A stretch of 25,491 nt of DNA from Octopus sinensis (taxonomy: Eukaryota), in the NCBI RefSeq assembly GCF_006345805.1, contig NW_021836061.1, positions 1-25,491 on the forward strand, in the 5' to 3' direction. The notes under the pieces are model-generated. The model had not been told where the DNA came from and did no database searches. It saw nothing but the letters and a program-made list of their open reading frames with translations. Positions within the stretch are counted from its first letter, which is position 1. Each line of letters starts with the position of its first letter. Positions 10,053-19,912 of the stretch are shown here, one piece after another. The translations under genes were made by a program, and so were the position numbers.

Positions 10053-10469
10053 TCGTGACACTAACCTCAAAATTCAAACTATATAAATAAATATGGACGT
10101 TTTATCGTTTATGAATACGCCAGAGATATTAAAAAGGGAAGAGATTACTTTAATGGTGGGGGAGGGGAGGAATTATCGATAAAAGAATAATGAAGAATCA
10201 ATAGGGATAACCGAATTGGGCTTGTGTTCAATATATGGTTTATATGGGGGAGCATATATATATATATAAATATTATACTTGGTCATATATAGTATATGTG
10301 GTCTATATCTATAAAAAAAGAAGCATGAATGTCTATGTATGTCTGGAATATCTATATCAGTTTTCTGTTATTTTCATAATGATTTATGAGGTCACCAAAC
10401 AGGGCGTCTAAATTTAAAATCGAAGGGGTTTTTTTTGTTCGTATTTGTAGCATAGTATGAAGGAATACA

Positions 10470-10745
10470 AGGCGCGTGGCCTAGTGGTTAAAGTGATGTA
10501 TTCTTGCGAGTGAGATCATGGGGTCGATCACTGGACCAGGCGGTGCGTTGTGTTCTCAAATAAAATAATTCGTCTTACGTCGCCCTGCGATCACTTTCGA
10601 TACCTGAAGCGTGGCATACCGTGAATCTTCGCAGGCAACGTCGACTTGATGGCGAAAGTGAGCTTATGTGCAGTAAAACATTTGATCACCGTAGACAAAA
10701 TCACCTGTGCAGGTCTTTCAGCAAAAATTTGCAGAAGCGTCTTTC
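10470..10745 (+). mobile_element. SINE, head D + tail 4, diverged
   Basis: ggcgcgTGGCCTAGTGGtt ... GGGTCGATCAC ... ggaccaggcggtgcgttgtgttct aligns with the heads at 1617 and 13650. Confidence 0.7.
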
Positions 10746-10747
10746 TA

Positions 10748-11565
10748 CACAGACATGCACGAAGTAAATAGACACCTTTAATTTTCAAGGGCGGCGAGTT
10801 GGCAGAAACGTTAGCACGCCGGGCGAAATGCTTAGCAGTATTTTGTCTGTCGTTACGTTCTGAGTTCAAATTCCGCCGAGGTCGACTTTGCCTTTCATCC
10901 TTTCGGGGTCGATAGATTAAGTACCAGTTACACACTGGGTTCGATGTAAACAACTTAATCCCTTTGTCTGTTCTTGTTTGTCCCCTCTATGTTTAGCTCC
11001 TTGTGGCCAATGAAGACCCTTTAATTTTCAAAATCTTTTATTTGATATTAATTGGTTGAAGCAGAGGTTTTCTTCTAGCTGCTCGTCCATAATACCCAAG
11101 CTTATGTAGATATGTAACACGTTATTGGACAAACTTCTAGCTGTTTTGCAATGTCAGAAGCCTTCGAACAGGGTTCGTTTTCCACAATTCTCTTCAAACA
11201 GTGAAGCTTCTTTTCCGAAGGCCCAGGTCGGCCGGGAGGAGAATATGTAGATTCTTTTCCTTGGCTTTTGAATTGCACTATAATTCTATTAACAGTAGCA
11301 AGAGGAAGTTGAAGATTTTCGGCAATTTTTCGCTGGTTGACCAGCCTCAGATTGCCCAACAATACGACCTCTTTGAAAATCTGACAGCTCAGCTGAATTT
11401 TTTGTGCGTGGCATGGTTACACTTCGCAAATGTTTAATATAATGGCACCTGTAATGAAAATGAATAATCACATTGTAAATTCTACACCGCTGAAAACATA
11501 TTAAGACGCTTAGATAATAAATTTTGAAAAGTAAAGGTGTCTATTTACTTCCTGCATGTCTGTGT
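10748..11565 (-). mobile_element. Tc1-family transposon, internally deleted, both TIRs present
   Basis: TA TSD (10746-47, 11566-67). About 43-bp TIR CACAGACATGCA(C/G)GAAGTAAATAGACACCTTTA(A/C)TTTTCAAAA with 2 mismatches once the nested SINE is removed. Transposase remnant from ATG 11414: [25 protein letters not shown](fs)..[23 protein letters not shown]...SPPGRPGP...(fs)[18 protein letters not shown]. No DDE domain. Confidence 0.92.
10789..11017 (+). mobile_element. SINE family B (tail a), full length, inserted in the Tc1 TIR
   Basis: 14-bp TSD cctttaattttcaa (10775-88 / 11018-31); A-box-like TGGCAGAAACG and B box GAGTTCAAATTCC. Confidence 0.95.
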
Positions 11566-11634
11566 ATTGCTACAGAGTATTGCTAACTAATGGTTGAGCT
11601 GTTTTAAAGAGAATATCTGTATACTTTTACATAA

Positions 11635-12114
11635 CAGTAATCCCTCGACTATCGCGGGTGCTACGTTCGAAAATCTGCGAAGTAGAAACAGTACTGTACT
11701 GTATGTATTTTTTGCTATTATTTTGCATAATTTATATATATTTATTTTATTATAAATGCAAAACAACGGCACACATTCGCCGCCCGAGTTTCGTTTTTCA
11801 TACAGTATGTGTGATTGTTTGTTTACTCATCAACGGTACACTACATATTTTCGTTTAATATATTTTAATTAATGTGTCATACAGTGCAGTACTTTACTGT
11901 CTTTTTATTTATTAATTTATTAATTTTTAGGCGTAAAAATGCTTATTTTACCACAGAAATAATTAAAATCTAAAAAATCTATAAATATCTATCGCCCTCA
12001 GAAATCCGCGATAGACTGAGGTGTCCGCGATATAAATTTACATATATTAGCCAGATAAACTCGTGAAATACTGAGGGTGCGACAGGTGAACCGTGATATG
12101 GCGAGTGATTACTG
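11635..12114. mobile_element. Tigger/pogo-type MITE
   Basis: Left CAGTAATCCCTCGACTATCGCGG versus right-end reverse complement CAGTAATCACTCGCCATATCACGG. TA at 12115-16; left flank is AA. Confidence 0.75.
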
Positions 12115-12183
12115 TAATTTCACTTTTTTGGCACAAGGCCAGCAAGTTCTAGGCCTCGAATAAGCCGACCCAAGGGCTTGACA

Positions 12184-12261
12184 TCTTGGGCAAGTGTCTT
12201 CTACTATAGCCTCGGGCTGACCAAAGCCTTTTGGTAGACAGAAACTGAAAGAAGCCCGTCG
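12184..12261 (+). mobile_element. SINE family A fragment
   Basis: cttgggcaagtgtcttctactatagcctcggg ... gaaactgaaagaagcccgtcg followed by (TA)n. Confidence 0.85.
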
Positions 12262-12262
12262 A

Positions 12263-12325
<63 letters not shown>
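12263..12325. repeat. (TA)n microsatellite
   Basis: Direct reading. Confidence 0.95.
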
Positions 12326-12327
<2 letters not shown>

Positions 12328-12382
12328 AGTGAATTGAAGAAATGGAGTTGAACGAAGATTGAACAGAAATCGTTTTATTGCA

Positions 12383-12460
12383 TTCTACACGTGTTCGAAA
12401 GCCACAATTTACCAATTCCGATTGAATAAGGAGACCATATTGTGTCTTTCTCTTCAGGAA
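12383..12460 (-). ncRNA. Hammerhead-ribozyme-like motif in the PLE terminal repeat
   Basis: TTC | CTGAAGA | GAAAGACACAAT-30 nt-ATTGTGGCTTTC (11/12 bp) | GAA CACGTG TA | GAA. One A of GAAA is missing; restoring it gives the palindromic stem III ACACGTGT and a GUA cleavage triplet. Confidence 0.6.
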
Positions 12461-12754
12461 GAAATAGGAAATCCGTTGGCAAAAACAAAAACAAAAAGGC
12501 GCAGCAAAACAATCGAACGAGGCTCCTAAGAGCCCATGGCCAACTGTTTATCAATGTATGTTGAAATCGGGTGGTGGGTGCGTTGAAGATTTTAACAGGT
12601 CAGGCAGCGGTCATTCCGGTGGGTGAGAGCACGGGGTGCGTAGATGTTCTTTGTGACCGAGACTAAAGTTCTGACTATTTAAAGAATATTAGGTGTATTA
12701 TATGGGGGAGACAAATCTACTTAGAAACATGTGTGTGTGAACTGTTCTATATGT

Positions 12755-12945
12755 GCGCGGCCGCAAGTTGGTAAAAAGTGCTACACACTGGTCACTGCTG
12801 AGAAATCCGTCAGGGGGTAGAAAAATTTTTATGTGTTCGTATGTGCGTTTAATCCGCGCGGCCGTCAGTTGGTAAACAGCCCTACACAATGGTCACTGCT
12901 GAAAAATCCGTCAGGCGGCAGAAAATATTTTTGTGCGTGTGTTCG
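12755..12945. repeat. Two-copy tandem repeat, period 101 bp
   Basis: gcgcggccgcaagttggtaaaaagtgctacacactggtcactgctgagaaatccgtcagg (12755) versus gcgcggccgtcagttggtaaacagccctacacaatggtcactgctgaaaaatccgtcagg (12856). Confidence 0.9.
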
Positions 12946-13420
12946 TCTAATCATGCCTTGTCAAGAAACCCCCCGTCGTCAAACCAAAACACACCATTCG
13001 TCCCTGGGAGTAATTCCCCTTGCAATGGTTAATCATTTCTCTTAAAAAGCTTTTTCAAAATTTATTTCCAAGGGCTATTTTCATATAAGTAGTGTTAACC
13101 GGGTGCAGGTATTATTTATAAGCGTTATTTATAGCAAGATAAGTATAACGCCGCCAATGGGGGCATCGAAAGCCGACTGTAAAAGTCCGTTTACCATCCG
13201 GTCCTCTGGCGACAATATATGGAAGAGCTCGGAGACACAAAGGTTGCACTTCCTTCTGCCCCTATCAAATGGGAGGGCCACCGACAAATTGACCATTCCA
13301 GCCTCCTGTAGCTTGAGTTCGTATTCTTCAATCGCCATATTAGCTTGCTAAGTCCCGTGGTCTGGCATTTATTCACGTCGCGAAAAGTTGCGTAATGGTT
13401 GGAGATTCGTAAGGCCAATT

Positions 13421-13650
13421 TTGCCAGGCTCATGGGTCCGGTTTCCCGATTTTTATGGCGTATGTGTGCCCCAGCTGGACGGGATGCAAGTCCTCTGCAG
13501 CGTTACTCATTTTTGCCAGCTGAGTGGACTGGAGCAACGTGAAATGAAGTGTTTTGCTCAAGAACATAACGCGTCGCCTGGTCCAGGAATCGAAACTACA
13601 ATCTTACGATCATCGTGCTGACACCCTAACCACTAAGCCACGCGCCTCCA
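13421..13650 (-). mobile_element. SINE, head D + tail 3
   Basis: Minus strand ggaggcgcgTGGCTTAGTGG ... GTTTCGATTCC ... gttgctccagtccactcagctggcaaaaatgagt, then the catcccgtccag...gggaaaccgg tail shared with 18874-19182. Confidence 0.9.
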
Positions 13651-13739
13651 CGCATATACACCTGAAGAGTAGGCAAATTAATGGACTAAGTTGGCCTCAT
13701 CTTCTTTTTCTACGTGTGTTTTTTATTACTAATTTACCG

Positions 13740-13801
13740 AGAATCCGGTAGAGATCACATTTAAATTATTTCCGCTGTAGCGGAATTACGGCGTGAGAGG
13801 G
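13740..13801. mobile_element. Single piggyBac-like terminus
   Basis: Minus strand reads TTAA-CCCTCTCACGCCG with the subterminal palindrome TTCCGCT-gt-AGCGGAA. No partner end found. Confidence 0.35.
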
Positions 13802-14147
13802 TTAAAGTTAGTGTGTGCGTGTACGCGCACGCGTGTGTGTATGCATAATAGATTGAAATAAAGATCAGAATTTAAGAGAGTTTGCAGCTGCTCGTGTAGA
13901 GTTTGCTAATAGAATCAGAGGTGGCTCGTAAATTTTGAAATTTATTTATATTCACACATATACACACTATATGCTAAGGAAAAAAAAAATAGAGCGAGAG
14001 AAACGCGAAACTAATAAGAGATCCATCTAATTGTGGCAGTCATTAACTAAAATTAGAAGTTGTTTTTCGAACAATTTTAGAAGTTTAGAAACTAGGCTAA
14101 TTCCGAAAATAACGGTTTTCGTTTTTAGCAGACAGTATTTATAGATA

Positions 14148-14301
14148 TGTGTTGTGGTAAGTAGGTTGCTTACCAACCATATGGTTCCGGGTTCATTCAC
14201 ACTGCGTGGCAACTTGGGTGAGTGTCTTCTACTATAGCCTCGGGCCGACCAAAGCCTTGTGAGTGGATTTGGTACACAGATACTGAAAGAAGCCTGTCGT
14301 A

Positions 14302-14333
<32 letters not shown>

Positions 14334-14390
14334 ACGGGAAGCTTTATGAAAATAGACAAAAGACGAAGGCAGGTGGAAAACAAACAAACA

Positions 14391-14424
<34 letters not shown>

Positions 14425-14624
14425 TGTGTCTGTGTTTGCCTCCCCAACATCGCCTGACAACCGATGCTGGTGTTTTTACGTCCCCGTAACTTAGCGGTTC
14501 GGCGAAAAGAGACCGATAGAATAAGTACTAGGCTTACAAAAAATAAGTCCTGGGGTCGATTTGCTCGACTAAAGGCGGTGCTCCAGCATTGGCCGCAGTC
14601 AAATGACTGAAACAAGTAAAAGAG
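14148..14624 (+). mobile_element. SINE family A, near full length, with a 63-bp foreign insert in its microsatellite
   Basis: Head tgtggtaagtagg ... GGGTTCATTCAC, tail gactgaaacaagtaaaagag; insert at 14333-14395. Confidence 0.92.
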
Positions 14625-14652
14625 AATGTGCTTTTATTAAGTTAATTTGTGA

Positions 14653-14800
14653 AGGAACGTAGACTAATAATTAGGGAACTGGGCTCACGATCGCAAGTTC
14701 GCGGTTTCGCTTCCTATATCAGACGGTACCCTGTGTCCTTGTGCAAGGTATTTGTTGTTCATGTTACTCCAATCTGCTCCTACCTAGTGCTGGTGCGACT
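14653..14800 (+). mobile_element. Old SINE head fragment
   Basis: cacgatcgcaagttcgcGGTTTCGCTTCC ... tgtgtccttgtgcaagg resembles head D. Confidence 0.5.
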
Positions 14801-14854
14801 CAGTACTTGCAGCTATTACATCGGTGAGATTCCGTTGCAACATACAGTACCCCA

Positions 14855-15436
14855 TAGTGGGTTAATGGGTGTTAACCCATCGCCTGACAGTAGGTTACTC
14901 TATGTTACCTTTAATGGTAAAAACAGTCGCCTACAGTGGGTTAATAGATGTTACCTTTAATGATAAACTCAGTTGCCCACAGTGAGTAAATGGATGTTAT
15001 GCCAGTGCTTCACAGTGGGTTACTTTATGTTACCTTTAATGGTGAACTCAATCGCTCACAGTGGGTTAATGGATGTTAACCCAGCGCCTGACAGTGGGTT
15101 TCTCTAAGTTACCTTTAATGGTAAAAACAGTCGACCACAGTTGGTTAATAGATGTTACCTTTAATGATAAACTCAGTTGCCCACAGTGGGTTAATGGATG
15201 TTAACCCTGTGCCTGACAGTGGGTTAATGGATCTTACCATTAATGGTAAATTCAGTTGCCCACAGTGGATTAATATATGTTAACCCAGTTCCTAACAATG
15301 GGTTAACTCAGTGCCTGACAATGGGTTGCTCTATGTTACCTTTATAGGTAAGCTCAGTTGTACACGATGGGTTAATGGGTGTTAATCCAGTACTTGACAG
15401 TGGGTTAATGGATGTTACCTTTAATGGTAAACTCAG
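14855..15436. repeat. Minisatellite of 33-bp (A) and 46-bp (B) units with a 204-bp higher-order repeat
   Basis: Unit starts: 14855 A, 14888 B, 14934 B, 14980 A, 15013 B, 15059 A, 15092 B, 15138 B, 15184 A, 15217 B, 15263 A, 15296 (23 bp), 15319 B, 15365 A, 15398 B (partial). Shared head CAGTGGGTTAATGGATGTTA. Confidence 0.95.
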
Positions 15437-15955
15437 AAAGGTGGATGTGTCGATCACGTAGGGCGCCTAAAAGACTAGTACAAGATAACCAGTTTATGTT
15501 CGCTTCTCGCTTCTTAGTGACAGCGGAGCTTAAGCTTTCAGTTAGGTTTGAGACGTCGTAAAATAAAAAAAGGTCTAAAACTTTATATTCTAAATAACAT
15601 TTTAGTTTTAATTAATAATAACATAATGAAATGTAATGTGTTACTGAGGTAAAAAAAAGTCAACATCATCAAAAGAAATTTTGCAAAATTTGTACTTTAG
15701 CAAAAATTTTGGTTTTAGTTAATTAACAGTAAACCATACGTACGATGTTGTGATTTATGTTAGCTCTGGTCGCTGGATTAATCAACCTATTTGTAAGGAA
15801 ATGAAATGAATAACCATATGATTTAGTATTTATTGCTAATCGATCGAAAATCGATTTGCAATAAATGCTACTATTTCTAGTATGTCGTAAAAGCTTCTTT
15901 GGCTTGTCTCTGCAATATTTGTTGTTGTTGGCAGCTATATGTGTATGTATATGCA

Positions 15956-15956
<1 letters not shown>

Positions 15957-16015
<59 letters not shown>

Positions 16016-16140
16016 GCATATATATGTCTGTGTGTGAAGGTGTATGCATTTGCATAAGTGTATACACGTATAAGTGATTATATATATATGTATATATATA
16101 TATATAATCTGTATGTGTACTTGTGTGTGTGTGTATTGAT
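15957..16140. repeat. (TA)n/(TG)n low-complexity tract
   Basis: Direct reading. Confidence 0.9.
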
Positions 16141-16304
16141 GTATGTCTATACATTCCACAACACTGGAAAACATGAATTAAGCTGCACCTCAACAAACAA
16201 AATCAATGAGACCAGTCAAGAACAAAGACATTAACATCTCACAAGCTAAGAAAATCTTTACTCCTTTTCTGTTACACCACTATTTGGATTAAGAAACAAA
16301 ATAA

Positions 16305-16405
16305 ATGTGTGTGTGTGTGTGCGTGTGCGAGCGCACGTGTGTATGTGTGTGTGTGCGTATGCGAGCGCACGTGTATATGTGTGTGTGTGTGTGTGTGCGT
16401 GTGTG
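16305..16405. repeat. (GT)/(GC) alternating purine-pyrimidine tract
   Basis: Direct reading. Confidence 0.9.
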
Positions 16406-16569
16406 AAAGAGAGAGAGGGGAGAGACGGTGGGTTCAAAGGATTGAGCTTCAACCACAAATATTACAAGCTTATCAATGGAGAAATATTAAAATCTCATAT
16501 TCAACTACTCGTAATTTTGCACAAATATTAGCGAACTCTAATCTATGGTAATCAAATGTACAGCACCAG

Positions 16570-16672
16570 ACACACACAGACACACACACGCACGCACACA
16601 CGCACATACACGCACGCACGCACACATACACGAACACAACACACACACCCGCGCGAGCACACACATACACGC
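16570..16672. repeat. (CA)/(CG) alternating purine-pyrimidine tract
   Basis: Direct reading. Confidence 0.9.
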
Positions 16673-18814
16673 TCAATGAGAATGCAACTAACTGTAATTG
16701 TATTAACACCAACAACTATCGACTCGAACGAAATTGTAAAGCGATGGAATTAGTTTATTGAAGCCCTATCAACACCAACTCGACTTTACGTTCTTATATA
16801 GGTTTAAAGGCCAAGTTCTTAGAAAATGATATTTTTATCGGCAGACATACACTCTCAAGCACGCGCGCGCACACATACGTACACTTACATGCACACGCAC
16901 ACACATATTCGTACACACATTTAAAAGCCAGAACAGAAAGGCTGCGACACTGCTATCAAAGTATATTTGGAATTTCAAGTCAATGAGCAACACTTCTTTT
17001 TAATAAAACATAGAAAACGCTATCTTTCTCAAAATCTTATTCTAGCAATAAAACTGTTTGTCAGCTATACTGTCAAGAATGCGATAGCGATAAATGTTCA
17101 TTGCTACACACCATCTACTTAATAAACACTTAGAAATAGTGTCATCTTGCAGACATAGGATTTGTGGAACGTTAAAACGAATCAATCTAATTATCTTTTA
17201 AACTAAATATTACTTTAACAACCACATATATTAATACACTTGCCAAGGAAATTATTATGTTTTCTCTTCACTTTTCTGCCCTAGCTATTCACCTTTACGC
17301 GCATTCAAATATCAAAGTTCATTTTAACTAACAGTAAAATACAGGCTAACTAGCAGCAACGGTCTTTTAAATTATTATAGCTTCGCAATTTAATAATCAT
17401 TTACCATAGAAGATATACGACGGTAACAGAAAAAGAGAGAAATAAAGGAAAATATCCAGAACTTACAGTTTAGTAAAATTCAACCATTAAATATATTCTT
17501 CGAGTTGTTTAACCTTAGATTCAATTAGCCTCCCACTAATAATTATATTTATTTAATTATAAAACTTGAAATTTACAGTTTCTCTTTGAAACCGTCAAAT
17601 TATTAAGTTCAATTTATTTTGCTTGTTCTTCAACGCCTTCGAATTAAGCATATACCAAACTCATTCATACGCCCGGCAACTATTCTAGAAAATAATAGAA
17701 ACTTAGATACACTCTAATTTATATTTTATTCTGTTGTAAATTTATAATTTGATTTCATAATCTAAGTTATTCCTTTTCCCGAACAGTCTCTGAAGTTGCC
17801 ATTATATGTTAGTTACCTTTCAGAACGTATCTATTAAATTGCACCATAATTCCAACACGTGGCAAGTTGTCCTCTGTAAACATGTCATTTGCGTTACATA
17901 AAACACTGCACTGCAAGCGATAATGTTGTTTCAATATATTTATGTTGCATACAGTAATCACTTTGTGTATTAAAGTTGTATTTAAGTTGTTTTTATTTTG
18001 CACGGAAATCTGAAGACAAGTCTATCAAATTCATATTTTCCAGGTGGCCTTCTTCACACACACATATATATTAATAAAACAGTTTGATATATATATAACT
18101 GTTTTATATAATATATATAATATATATTTAATATACATATACATTATATGAATAAACACATATATATATACACGTATATTACATGAATATATATACATAC
18201 ATATATGTATATGTATGTATGTGCGAGTATGTGTGTATGTGTGTATATCAAGCGCGTATTGAAGAATTTGTTAGGAATAATGTTATCTGAAGATGCGCAT
18301 GTTAATATTGCAAAATATTTATTTATTTTTGTATATATACATGTTAGCAAGTCAAAGATTTTATTGTTCCATCAAATATTTATGTGAGGATGTGGTCCTT
18401 AAGCGAATATATAGACGCTCTTTCATAACCATGATAAATTACAAATGCCTGACGACAAGTGATTTGATCTAACGCAGTCTGTTGAAACTAAAACGATTGC
18501 AGCACAGGAGAAACATGTTAGCCGTTCAAAAGCACACGAAATATGTAAACTTCCTTAAACATTTATCATTTCTTCAAATATTGCTTATTAAAACGCGGTA
18601 ACGATGTCTATATCATTAGTTGTAGGATTGTTGAGATTTTTATTTATTTGAGTTCGTGCGAGTTATCCTCGATATCGTTATGATCTATTAATATATTTAA
18701 TTTGGAAAAGGTATTTGCCATGTGTATTGATAATTTTAATTTTTGTTGGAATGTTTAGTAAAATAATATTTTACCTATAGATACGAAAAATAGTTTAATT
18801 AAAATTGGCTTAAA

Positions 18815-19314
18815 ATGTCGGCATACGGCCAACAGTCTCGTGAGAGGGGTAAGTCTATTACATCAACACCAGTTTGTTTGTTGTTTGTTCCTTCTCGAGC
18901 CATGCCTGGCTCATAAGGGCCGGTTTCCCGGTTTCTTGGCGTATAGGTTCCACACCTGGACGGGATGCCGGTCCGTCGCAGGTGAACTGCAAGATGCAGG
19001 AGGAAAGAGTGAGAGAAAGTTGTGGCGAAAGAGTCAGCAGAAGTTCGCCAATACCTTCTGCCGGAGCCGCGTGGAGCTTAGGTGTTTTCGCTCATAAACA
19101 CACACATCACCCGGTCTGAGATTCGAACCCGCGATCCCTCGACCGCTAGTCCGCTGCTCTAACCACTAGGCCATGTGCCTCCACATCAACACCAGTGCTC
19201 AACGGGTACTTATTTTATCGACCCCGAAAGGATGAGAGATATAATCGATGACTCAGAATGTAAAGACGAAAAAGTGGTACGGAATGCTGCTAAGCATTAC
19301 GCCCGGTGTGCTAA
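18815..19314 (-). mobile_element. SINE family B split by a younger SINE
   Basis: aagtctattacatcaacaccagt (18851-73) continues as gctcaacgggtacttattttatcgaccccgaaaggatg after 19196. Confidence 0.8.
18874..19182 (-). mobile_element. SINE, head C + tail 3
   Basis: 14-bp TSD acatcaacaccagt (18860-73 / 19183-96); A box TGGCCTAGTGG, B box GGGTTCGAATCTC; tail (aaac)n. Confidence 0.95.
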
Positions 19315-19330
19315 GAAATAAGAAATGTAA

Positions 19331-19729
19331 GTGCAGGAGCGGTTGTGTGGTAAGTAGCTTGCTTACCAACCATATGGTTCTGGGTTCAGTCCCACTGCGT
19401 GGAACCTTGGGCAAGTGTCTTCTACTATAGCCTCGGGCCGACCAAAGCCTTGTGAGTGGATTTAGAAGACGGAAACTGAAAGAGACCCGTCGTATATATG
19501 CATATTTATATGAATGTGTGTGTATATGTTTGTGTGTCTGTGTTTGTCCCCCTAACATCGCTTGACAACCGATGGTGGTGTGTTTACGTCCCAGTAACTT
19601 AGTACATCGGCAAAAGAGACCGATAGAATAAGTACTAGGCTTCCAAAGATAAGTCCTGGGGTCGATTTGCTCGATTAAAGGCGGTGCTCCAGCATGACCG
19701 CAGTCAAATGACTGAAACAAGTAAAAGAG
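19331..19729 (+). mobile_element. SINE family A, full length
   Basis: gtgcaggagcggttgtgtggtaag ... GGGTTCAGTCCC ... gactgaaacaagtaaaagag. Confidence 0.95.
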
Positions 19730-19912
19730 TACTCCGGGCAAAATACTTAGCGATATTTCGCCTGTCTTTACGTTCTGAGTTCAAATTCCGCCGAAATCGA
19801 CTTTGCCTTTCATCCTTTCGTAATCGATAAATTAAGTACCATTTGCATACTGGAGTCGTTTTTATCGACTGGCCTATTCCCTGAAATTTAGGACCTTGTG
19901 CCTAGAGTAGAA
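19730..19912 (+). mobile_element. SINE family B (tail b), 5'-truncated
   Basis: GAGTTCAAATTCC, gactttgcctttcatcctttcg ... ccttgtgcctagagtagaa. Confidence 0.85.

Larger units (their letters stand above)
12326..13420 (-). mobile_element. Penelope-like element 3' end (GIY-YIG endonuclease C-terminus + terminal repeat)
   Basis: Minus strand 13412-13130: LRISNHYATFRDVNKCQTTGLSKLIWRLKNTNSSYRRLEWSI(fs)SVALPFDRGRRKCNLCVSELFHIL. This fits the Penelope EN C-terminal pattern NH..SFR.....T.LSK.IW.LK....Y.I.WSI......Y......C.LC..E...IL. It is followed by a hammerhead-like motif, AATAAA (12379-74) and (TA)n. Confidence 0.8.

Noticed and set aside
12833-13045. WW-domain-like W-x11-YF in the 101-bp duplication
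   Set aside because: The second Trp/Pro is absent, the period is not a multiple of 3, and it lies within a PLE UTR.
14855-15436. CRISPR-like look (constant 20-bp head plus variable part, with palindromes)
   Set aside because: The variable parts fall into two recurring classes rather than unique spacers, there are no cas genes, and the context is eukaryotic.
16680-18810. Long AT-rich apparently unique stretch, a candidate for regulatory or conserved non-coding sequence
   Set aside because: Nothing in the sequence alone supports a specific feature; needs cross-species alignment.
1617-19400. tRNA genes at A-box/B-box motifs
   Set aside because: Each continues into a SINE body and lacks a full cloverleaf with an acceptor stem and terminator.
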